A DNA stretch of 64,000 bases, from the NCBI GenBank assembly GCA_944332295.1, contig CALVJR010000002.1, positions 3,555 through 67,554 of the forward strand, written 5' to 3'. Each line of letters opens with the position of its first letter. The stretch's first letter is position 1. Of this stretch, positions 46,887-54,183 are shown piece by piece. The position numbers were made by a program, and so were the translations under genes. The DNA comes from an uncultured Bacilli bacterium (lineage in GTDB: Bacteria > Bacillota_I > Bacilli_A > RF39 > UBA660). Below the pieces are notes generated by a model, which did not search any database, was not told the origin of the DNA, and was given only the letters and a program-made list of their open reading frames with translations.

Positions 46887-47870
46887 ATGAATGTTATTGT
46901 TAGTAATGAGCAACGAAATGTTTTATCAGGTTTAGATATAGATGTTATTAAGAACATTTCTGGTGAATATGAAGCTAGTGAATTAGTAGAAATGTTTAAA
47001 AATTTCTTTTATAATAAAATGGTTTTGGATGTTACTGCTATTAAAGATTTTCATAATATTAAAAATTTTCAAGTGTTAGCTATAGGACTTGATGTCGAAA
47101 AAATAGTTTTCTTTTTACCAGAAGGTACGGATGTATGTACCTCTAATTTTTTATCTAAACTAGTTTCTATGGGAATTTATAATTTTACTACTAATGTTGA
47201 AGGGGTAAAATATCTATTAGAACATCCCAATTCTTATAAGGAAGTTGCACATATTCAGCAGTTGAATGATGTGTCTACTACTATTACTGAAAAAGTTGAA
47301 AATGGTTCTAATGTAATAGGTATTAGGAATGTTACTGAGCATGCTGGTGCTACAACTTTTATATATATATTAAAAAAAGAATTAAAAGCTCGTTTTGGTG
47401 ATAATATTATTGCTATAGAAATCAATAAGAATGATTTTCAATATTTTGGAGATAAAAATATGATTTCTATTACTTCTGATCAGATACAAAATACTTTAAC
47501 TCGATATGAGGGAGCGTCAGTAATATTAGTTGATTTAAATGATTTCCCTGATGATTATTTTTGTGGGGATGTTTTATATTTATTAGAACCATCTATTATT
47601 AAACTTAATAAATTGATGCGAAAAAATAATATGATTTTTTCTAAACTTCAACATAAAAAAATTGTTTTGAATAAGAGTTTATTAACTAGTAAAGATATTG
47701 TTGATTTTGAATATGAAGCTAAAGCTAAAGTATTTTATAATATGCCACCTTTAGATGATAGAAGAAAAAATCCGGCTTTTGATGACTTTTTATCTAGGTT
47801 AGGTTTAATTAATAAACCGCAAGAAAAAAAGGAATCAGGTGGGAAAATATTTGGTTTATTTCGTAGATAA
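46887..47870 (+). CDS. TadZ/CpaE-like protein (pseudo-receiver plus ParA/MinD-like domain with degenerate Walker A)
   Basis: The only clearly cytoplasmic unknown in the locus. The first 105 aa or so look receiver-like. The segment VIGIRNVTEHAGATTFIYILKKEL occupies the deviant Walker A position of CpaE/TadZ but lacks KGG, and a later ILVDLND resembles Walker B. Confidence 0.4.
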   Translation: MNVIVSNEQRNVLSGLDIDVIKNISGEYEASELVEMFKNFFYNKMVLDVTAIKDFHNIKNFQVLAIGLDVEKIVFFLPEGTDVCTSNFLSKLVSMGIYNFTTNVEGVKYLLEHPNSYKEVAHIQQLNDVSTTITEKVENGSNVIGIRNVTEHAGATTFIYILKKELKARFGDNIIAIEINKNDFQYFGDKNMISITSDQIQNTLTRYEGASVILVDLNDFPDDYFCGDVLYLLEPSIIKLNKLMRKNNMIFSKLQHKKIVLNKSLLTSKDIVDFEYEAKAKVFYNMPPLDDRRKNPAFDDFLSRLGLINKPQEKKESGGKIFGLFRR

Positions 47871-47872
47871 GG

Positions 47873-47901
47873 TTGACAAATCTAATGTTTTAGGTTAATA
47901 T
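47873..47901 (+). promoter_or_regulatory. Near-consensus sigma-A promoter for the small VirB2-like gene
   Basis: TTGACA, 17-nt spacer, TAATAT; followed by RBS GAAGGAGAGG. Confidence 0.7.
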
Positions 47902-47925
47902 ATAGTCATTGAAGGAGAGGTTGTT

Positions 47926-48276
47926 ATGTTAGATTTATTTCAAATTGGTGTTAATGTAAATGCAATGGATGATGGCTGTGGTGGTTTATCTTCTATTGTT
48001 AAAATTATAAAACGTGGTGTTTTTCCTATTGTTCAAATAGGTATTCCAATTCTTTTAATTGTTTTTGGTACCATTGATTTAGGTAAAGCAGTTATTTCTA
48101 GTGATGATAAAGAGGTAAAACAAGCACAAAGTAGACTAATTAAGAGATGTATTTATGCTGTAGCTATTTTCTTTATTACTACGATAGTAAGTATTATTAT
48201 GTCTTTAGTTGCAACAGGTGCTGATCAGGATGAAGCAAATACTACTGGTTGGGCTGAATGTTGGGAGAACGTTTAA
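47926..48276 (+). CDS. VirB2/TrbC-like two-helix hairpin membrane protein (candidate T4SS pilin)
   Basis: 116 aa: N-terminal segment with Cys18, TM1 (IGIPILLIVFGTI), charged loop (DLGKAVISSDDKEVKQAQSRLIKR), TM2 (IYAVAIFFITTIVSIIMSLV), and a tail with Cys112. It has its own promoter and terminator and sits directly upstream of VirB6-like genes. Confidence 0.6.
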   Translation: MLDLFQIGVNVNAMDDGCGGLSSIVKIIKRGVFPIVQIGIPILLIVFGTIDLGKAVISSDDKEVKQAQSRLIKRCIYAVAIFFITTIVSIIMSLVATGADQDEANTTGWAECWENV

Positions 48277-48286
48277 TGGAAATTTA

Positions 48287-48315
48287 AATAGCAAAATATT
48301 TGCTATTTTTTTTTT
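48287..48315 (+). terminator. Internal hairpin terminator/attenuator after the small VirB2-like gene
   Basis: 9-bp stem aatagcaaa / tttgctatt, 3-nt loop, T-run of about 10. Confidence 0.6.
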
Positions 48316-48356
48316 ATTCTGTTATACTTATTCTGTATAAATGTTTATATGGAGTG

Positions 48357-49562
48357 ATGCATGTGAAACGGTTACGTTTGTTTTTGCTTTTATTTATCTT
48401 TGGTTTGATTTGTATTCCATATAATACGAGTGCTTTAGGTAATGAGGTAGCAAGTTGTAATTATCAATTTACGGATGCAAGTGGTAGTCAAATAAATTTA
48501 AAATATCGTATTTATTCAGACGGAAGTGTAAAACTTCCTTTTGGTGATGGTGATAATTTTACTAATACAGGTGTTTCTTGGTATCATAGTGATAATTTTA
48601 CTAGTAAATTTTATGATGCTTCTATTGTTGATGAGTCTACTGTTACTTGTCCTTCTATTTTTGTTCAACAGAATGAATCAGGAGTAACTGTGTATCCTTA
48701 TCCATTATCACAAAATGTATGTACGGGTAATTGTTATAATGTTACTTCTTCTGTTAAATTAACAAGAGATGCTAAGGATAGAGGAATACAATCTAAGAAA
48801 ATTATATCTTCTTGTGCTGGCTCGTCCATGGGATTTTATAATCGTCAAAGTTATGTGTATCCTTATTTTAGATTATTTTCTGATGGTACTAGAGAATGGT
48901 CTATTGATGGTTCTAATTATGTAGGTGTTACAGAGTCTATTACAGGGTCTATTAATTCTAGTGAAAGATTTTCTATTTCTTTAAACGATTCTTTAATTAA
49001 CTCTATATATTCTTCTAATTCATTAACTTGTCCTGATAGGATGTATCGATGTGTCAGCAGTGCTCAGAATGGATATTCGTATGATTTATCTACTTCTGAT
49101 AATTCTTGTATGAATCCTGTATTTAGTGCAGGTGATGGACAGGAGTTTGGCTCTAATTATGCCAATCTTGGATATGGTGATCCTGATACAAGTGATGATG
49201 GCTCTGTTACTTTGGATGATTTAAGAGATGATTTAAGAGATGATTTAAACTCTTATGATCAAGTTACTGATTGTGTTGGTATTTTAGGTGATCCTAATAA
49301 TGAAGATTCTGTTGCTTGGCTATTACAACAGATATTAAATTATATTAAAATTTTAGGTCCAATTTTGGTTGTTATTTTAAGTAGTTTGGATTTTGCTAAA
49401 GCAATTATTGCTAGTGATGATGAGTCTATGAAGAAAGCTGAGAAAAAGTTAATGATTCGTCTTATTTTGGCAGTCGCATTATTCTTAGTTCCAACTTTAG
49501 TTAGTGTAATGTTAGATTTACTTGGATTTACTGCTGATGGACAATTGTGTTTACTAAAATGA
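48357..49562 (+). CDS. Secreted Cys-rich domain fused to a C-terminal VirB2/TrbC-like hairpin
   Basis: Signal peptide (LRLFLLLFIFGLICIPYNTSALG) and a domain of about 300 aa with 8 Cys. This is followed by a DDLRDDLRDDLN repeat and a C-terminal hairpin (GPILVVILSSLDFAKAIIASDDESMKKAEKKLMIRLILAVALFLVPTLV) homologous to 47926-48276. The start could also be the GTG at 48363. Confidence 0.6.
   Translation: MHVKRLRLFLLLFIFGLICIPYNTSALGNEVASCNYQFTDASGSQINLKYRIYSDGSVKLPFGDGDNFTNTGVSWYHSDNFTSKFYDASIVDESTVTCPSIFVQQNESGVTVYPYPLSQNVCTGNCYNVTSSVKLTRDAKDRGIQSKKIISSCAGSSMGFYNRQSYVYPYFRLFSDGTREWSIDGSNYVGVTESITGSINSSERFSISLNDSLINSIYSSNSLTCPDRMYRCVSSAQNGYSYDLSTSDNSCMNPVFSAGDGQEFGSNYANLGYGDPDTSDDGSVTLDDLRDDLRDDLNSYDQVTDCVGILGDPNNEDSVAWLLQQILNYIKILGPILVVILSSLDFAKAIIASDDESMKKAEKKLMIRLILAVALFLVPTLVSVMLDLLGFTADGQLCLLK
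49215..49250 (+). repeat. In-frame 12-nt tandem repeat x3 (gatgatttaaga) encoding DDLR-DDLR-DDLN
   Basis: Read directly: gatgatttaaga gatgatttaaga gatgatttaaac. Confidence 0.9.
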
Positions 49563-49577
49563 TGGAGGTGATGATGA

Positions 49578-51503
49578 ATGTCTGCAACTGAATGGTTAGA
49601 TCCGGATCTTATTGGAAATATGCTTCGTACATTTGGAAGTGTTCTTAACAGTTGTGTCTATGACTTGTTAAGTGCTATGTATCAAATTTTCTTTAATGTT
49701 TCTAGTGCTCAACTTTTTGAGAATGAAACAATAAAGAATTTTTATGGAAGAGTCCAATTAATTATTGGTGTTTTTATGGTTTTTAAATTAGCGGTTTCTA
49801 TTTTACAAGGCATTATGGATCCGGAGAAGTTTACTAGTGGTAAAGAAGGCGGTTTTGGTAGTGTTATTACTAGAGTTATTGTTGCCTTAATTATGTTAGC
49901 TGTGATTGTTCCTATTAATGTTCCTGATGTACAGAATGCTAATTCTTATGAAAAATATATTAATAATAATGGTTTATTATTTGGTACTTTATATTCTTTA
50001 CAGGATCGTATTTTATCTGAGAATACATTAGGAAGATTAATACTGGGTACGACAGATGATGATGATGATGATTCGGATTCTAGTTCTGCGACCCAGCAAG
50101 AAAAGTTAAAGAGAGCTGCTAATATTTTTGCTTCTACGATTTTAAAAGGATTTCTTAGAATAAATATGCGTCCAGAAGACGAATGGGTTGATGATAATGA
50201 TAATAATCCGCAGAATTGGTATTGCGGGGAACATTTGAATGACTCTGATATTTCTGATGCACTTACAGTTTATAATCAATTAGATGTTTCTACAGGTGCT
50301 TTGTTAAGTAGTAATATGATTCATGCCAAATGTAATGTAGAAGGTGGATTTTTTGGTGATGAGAAATTTTTATTCTATTTTAACTGGACAATTTCTCTTG
50401 TCATAGGAGTCATTTTTTTGGTTATTTTAGTTGGTTTTACTATTGATATTGCTGTACGTTCTGTTAAGTTGGCAATTCTTCGTTTATTGGCACCAATTCC
50501 GATTATAAGTTATATAGAACCGAAATCAGCAAAAGATGGTATGTTTGCTTCCTGGGTAAAATCTTTGACTTCTACCTATTTAGATTTATTTTTACGTTTA
50601 GCTATTGTTTATTTTGTTATTTTTATCATCCAAGATATGATGGTTAATGGAATTGTTATTGATCAAGCAGGTGGAATGGTTGGTATTGTATCTGTTATAT
50701 TTATTTGGATAGGTTTATTCTTCTTTGCGAAGATGGCTCCTAAGTTTATCAAAGATGCTCTTGGAATAAAAGGTCCAGGTATGACTAATATTGGTCTTAG
50801 TGGTATGCTTTCAGCTGCTGGTGCTGTTCGTCAAGGTGGAACACTGATGGATGCTTTGGATGCAGGAGGTTCTGCTGTTGATACACAAATTCAAGCGTAT
50901 AATCAAGGAAAAGCAGCTCCTGGTTTAGGTGCAACATTTAACGCAGGTAGAGATTTAGCTGCTCAAATGATTACTGGTAATGAAAAGGCAACTTATAGAG
51001 GAATGAATAGAGGTAGAAGAAGATTAGCTGCTGAAGGTATTACTCCTTGGGAAGCAGATAAGGTTCATAGTGCTTCTATTGCAGCAGAGGCATTTACTGA
51101 ACGTATGGCCGACGATGCTAGGAGAGGTAAATTTAGGTATATGGACGATGCAGGAAATATGAATACTTATAAATGGAAAGATGATCATGGTATTGTTCAT
51201 GATGTTACTAATAAGAAGGAAATGTCTTTAGCGTTAGCTCAACAAAGAGAACGTTCTGGAATCTTAAAAGCTCAAGATTCTAAGATTGATGCTGAAGTTA
51301 AGAAGAATATGCAATCTCGTAGTTATAGAGATAAGAAGAGAATGCCAAATACGAAAGATCCTAGTATTATTAATGTTCAAGGAAGACTGGATCAAAGACG
51401 TTCTAATAGATATAATGCTAGATATAATGGTAGTACTTATACACCTAGAGCACCTGGAGGTAATACACATGCGGCTGGGGCTGATCTTACGGATCATTTA
51501 TAA
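49578..51503 (+). CDS. VirB6/TrbL-like polytopic T4SS channel protein
   Basis: 641 aa with at least 6 TM helices. The N-terminal region is typical of Gram-positive mobilome TrbL/VirB6-like proteins. It has a D6-S-rich loop and a basic C-terminal tail of about 230 aa. Its position between VirB2-like and VirB3/VirB4-like genes supports the call. Confidence 0.6.
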   Translation: MSATEWLDPDLIGNMLRTFGSVLNSCVYDLLSAMYQIFFNVSSAQLFENETIKNFYGRVQLIIGVFMVFKLAVSILQGIMDPEKFTSGKEGGFGSVITRVIVALIMLAVIVPINVPDVQNANSYEKYINNNGLLFGTLYSLQDRILSENTLGRLILGTTDDDDDDSDSSSATQQEKLKRAANIFASTILKGFLRINMRPEDEWVDDNDNNPQNWYCGEHLNDSDISDALTVYNQLDVSTGALLSSNMIHAKCNVEGGFFGDEKFLFYFNWTISLVIGVIFLVILVGFTIDIAVRSVKLAILRLLAPIPIISYIEPKSAKDGMFASWVKSLTSTYLDLFLRLAIVYFVIFIIQDMMVNGIVIDQAGGMVGIVSVIFIWIGLFFFAKMAPKFIKDALGIKGPGMTNIGLSGMLSAAGAVRQGGTLMDALDAGGSAVDTQIQAYNQGKAAPGLGATFNAGRDLAAQMITGNEKATYRGMNRGRRRLAAEGITPWEADKVHSASIAAEAFTERMADDARRGKFRYMDDAGNMNTYKWKDDHGIVHDVTNKKEMSLALAQQRERSGILKAQDSKIDAEVKKNMQSRSYRDKKRMPNTKDPSIINVQGRLDQRRSNRYNARYNGSTYTPRAPGGNTHAAGADLTDHL

Positions 51504-51526
51504 TAAATATGGGAGTGTGATATATA

Positions 51527-51844
51527 GTGAATTATTTAATACCTGCTAATACTAAGAGAGGTCAATTAATCCTTGGATTATTTCGACCTTTCGATTTAAT
51601 TTTATTTTTATCCGGGGTGCTAGTTACTGTTATTTTACTTGCTTTTATGCCACTTACTAATACATGGCTTACTATATTAGTTGTAAGTCCTGCTGTTATT
51701 TGTGGGCTTTTGGTTACACCGGTTCCTTACTATCATAATATTTTAACTATTATTATAGAGTTATATGAATTTTGTACTACAAACCAAAAGTATTATTGGA
51801 AAGGTTGGTGTTTCATGAATGGCAAAGAAAATCACTGGAAGTAA
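51527..51844 (+). CDS. PrgI/VirB3-like small membrane protein
   Basis: 105 aa. The N-terminus MNYLIPANTKRGQLILGLFRPFDLILF, followed by two TM helices, matches the PrgI-family pattern. It lies immediately upstream of VirB4. GTG start. Confidence 0.6.
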   Translation: MNYLIPANTKRGQLILGLFRPFDLILFLSGVLVTVILLAFMPLTNTWLTILVVSPAVICGLLVTPVPYYHNILTIIIELYEFCTTNQKYYWKGWCFMNGKENHWK

Positions 51845-52370
51845 TTTTACAGAGAACTGGATTCCTGTAAAATCTATTCAAAATGGAATGATTGTTACTT
51901 ATGATAATTTAAAGGTATCCGGAGTTAAAATTTCTCCTCGAAATATCTTTATTCTCGATGCGCAATCACAAGATAATGTGTTAATTAGTTTAAAGAATTT
52001 TTATAATATGATTGATTTTGAGTTTTGGTTAGTTGTTGCAGATAGACCTGTTGATATTTCTGTTTATATGTCTCAACTTCAACTTTTATATAATGAGACT
52101 CAGTCTCCTGCTATACGTAAATTAATTATGCAGGATATTGATAAAGGTAATACTTTTATTAATAATAATATTGTTGATACGGAATATTATTTCTTATTTA
52201 AAGAAAAGGATCCTGATATAGTACAGAAGAAAGTCCGTATGTTGATTAATGGTCTTGCTAGTTGCGGGCTTAATGCTGCTCAAACTAGTAATGACGACTT
52301 AAGAATTATTTTAGATAATTTTTTGAATGGGGGAAATACTACTGAATTTGGGACGGTGATGCCTGTATGA
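51819..52370 (+). CDS. VirB4 N-terminal domain encoded as a separate ORF
   Basis: NWIPVKSIQNGMIVTYDNLKVSGVKISPRNIFILD matches the N-terminal signature of Gram-positive VirB4/TcpF/Orf16-type ATPases. ATGA overlap with the ATPase ORF. Confidence 0.65.
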   Translation: MAKKITGSNFTENWIPVKSIQNGMIVTYDNLKVSGVKISPRNIFILDAQSQDNVLISLKNFYNMIDFEFWLVVADRPVDISVYMSQLQLLYNETQSPAIRKLIMQDIDKGNTFINNNIVDTEYYFLFKEKDPDIVQKKVRMLINGLASCGLNAAQTSNDDLRIILDNFLNGGNTTEFGTVMPV

Positions 52371-54157
52371 GTACTAGTATTAGAAGTCAACTTGCTCCTA
52401 AAGGACTTGAGTTTCATCCTAGTGATTTCTTTATTAGTGATAAGTATGCAACTATTTTAACTGTTGTTTCTTATCCTAAATATATTGTTCCTGGATATTT
52501 ATCATCTTTAACAAATATGCCTGGTATTAAAGTTGTTGTTAAACATATACCAGTTCCTTTTCAAACTATGTCTAAAATGTTAAATAGAGAAGTTGCAGAT
52601 TTAAAGGAAAAATATCAGCGCGAGCGTGATCAAACTATGCGTGAGAGATATCGTCAAGATGCTGAGAGTTTGGAGTATTTTACATCAATGCTTGCTGGTA
52701 GCCAAGCTCGTATCTTTGATTTTCAAATGCATATTATGATTACTGCTGATACTAAGGAAGATTTAGAGTTAAAGAAAGTTAATGTTAAGAATTATTTGGA
52801 TGCGATGGAGTTAAAAGCAATTTCACTTCGTTTTGAACAAGAAAAAGTATTGAAGAGTATTTTGCCAATTTTTCCTTCGCAAGATATTGAACAACGAATT
52901 GGTACTCCAATTCCATCTGTTACTATAGCAGCAATGTATCCATTTATTTTTGATAGTATTAAAGATCCTGGACTTTCTACTTTACTTGGTGTTGACTTTT
53001 CAGGAGGAGTAATTTTATTTAATCAATTTTTATATAAGATTCGTAAAGAAAATAATAGAAATAATGCTAATATGATTATCCTTGGTACTTCTGGTTCTGG
53101 TAAGTCTACTGCTGCAAAGGTTATGCTTCGTACTCACATTCGTAATGGTTGTCAAATTGTTGCGATTGATCCAGAAGATGAGTTGCGTGAAATTACTCAG
53201 ACTTATGGTGGAGATACGGTTGATATTGGTAAGGGTGGAGAATTTGGTTTAATTAACCCTCTTGAAATTGTTATTGATGCGGATGAAGAAGAAATTAAAC
53301 AAGGTCTTGGTTATACCGTTTTAACTCGTACTTTACAATTTTTAAAAGCATTTTTAAAATATTATGATCCAACAATTACAGAAGATGTTTTAACAATGTT
53401 TAGTGAAATTGTACAAGATACTTATAAGCGTTTTGGAATTGATTTTAATACAGATTTTTCTAGATTTACTTCTAATGATTATCCGACATTTACTGATGTT
53501 TATGCTACTATCAAGGGTCGTTTGATGTCTATGACAGAACAGACACAAGAACGTGATATTATGGAGCGCTTAGAATTAAAGATTCGTCCACTTACTAAAG
53601 AATTACGTTTTTACTTTGATGGTCATACTACACTTAGTCGTGATAGTGATTTTATGGTATTTAATATTAAAGAGTTAATGAATACTGATTCTAATATTCG
53701 TAATGCTTTGTTCTTTAATGTATTGAAGTATGCTTGGGGACTTTGTTTGGACTTTAATGTTGATACGGTATTAATGGTAGATGAAGCGCATGTATTGCTT
53801 GGTGCTAATAACGTTCTTGGTGCGGAGTTCCTTGCACAAGTACAAAGGCGTGCTCGTAAATATAATACAGGTACCATTATTATTACTCAACAACCTAGTG
53901 ATTTTGCTGATCCTGGTGTTATTATGCATGGTAAAGCAATATTTGATAATGCATCTTACTATTTAGTAATGGGATTAAGGAAACAAGCAGTTGAAGATTT
54001 AAGTTTATTAATTGATTTAAATGATAGTGAAAAGGAGAGTATAAAGAGATATTCTCAAGGAGAAGCATTGTTTGTCTGTGGAAATAGGCGAATGCGTATT
54101 AATATTGCAGTTACTAAAGAAGAGTTAGACTCTTTCGGTTCTAGTGGTGGTTTTTAG
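52367..54157 (+). CDS. VirB4-family T4SS ATPase (C-terminal ATPase portion)
   Basis: Walker A LGTSGSGKST, Walker B LMVDEAH, and downstream IITQQPSD motif; 596 aa. Confidence 0.88.
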   Translation: MSTSIRSQLAPKGLEFHPSDFFISDKYATILTVVSYPKYIVPGYLSSLTNMPGIKVVVKHIPVPFQTMSKMLNREVADLKEKYQRERDQTMRERYRQDAESLEYFTSMLAGSQARIFDFQMHIMITADTKEDLELKKVNVKNYLDAMELKAISLRFEQEKVLKSILPIFPSQDIEQRIGTPIPSVTIAAMYPFIFDSIKDPGLSTLLGVDFSGGVILFNQFLYKIRKENNRNNANMIILGTSGSGKSTAAKVMLRTHIRNGCQIVAIDPEDELREITQTYGGDTVDIGKGGEFGLINPLEIVIDADEEEIKQGLGYTVLTRTLQFLKAFLKYYDPTITEDVLTMFSEIVQDTYKRFGIDFNTDFSRFTSNDYPTFTDVYATIKGRLMSMTEQTQERDIMERLELKIRPLTKELRFYFDGHTTLSRDSDFMVFNIKELMNTDSNIRNALFFNVLKYAWGLCLDFNVDTVLMVDEAHVLLGANNVLGAEFLAQVQRRARKYNTGTIIITQQPSDFADPGVIMHGKAIFDNASYYLVMGLRKQAVEDLSLLIDLNDSEKESIKRYSQGEALFVCGNRRMRINIAVTKEELDSFGSSGGF

Positions 54158-54183
54158 TTTTTTTGTGTAGGTGGTGATTAAAA

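Noticed and set aside
51264-51549. ORFs 51264-51497 (-) and 51286-51549 (+)
   Set aside because: They overlap the 3' end of the VirB6-like gene and the start of the VirB3-like gene, and have no independent support.
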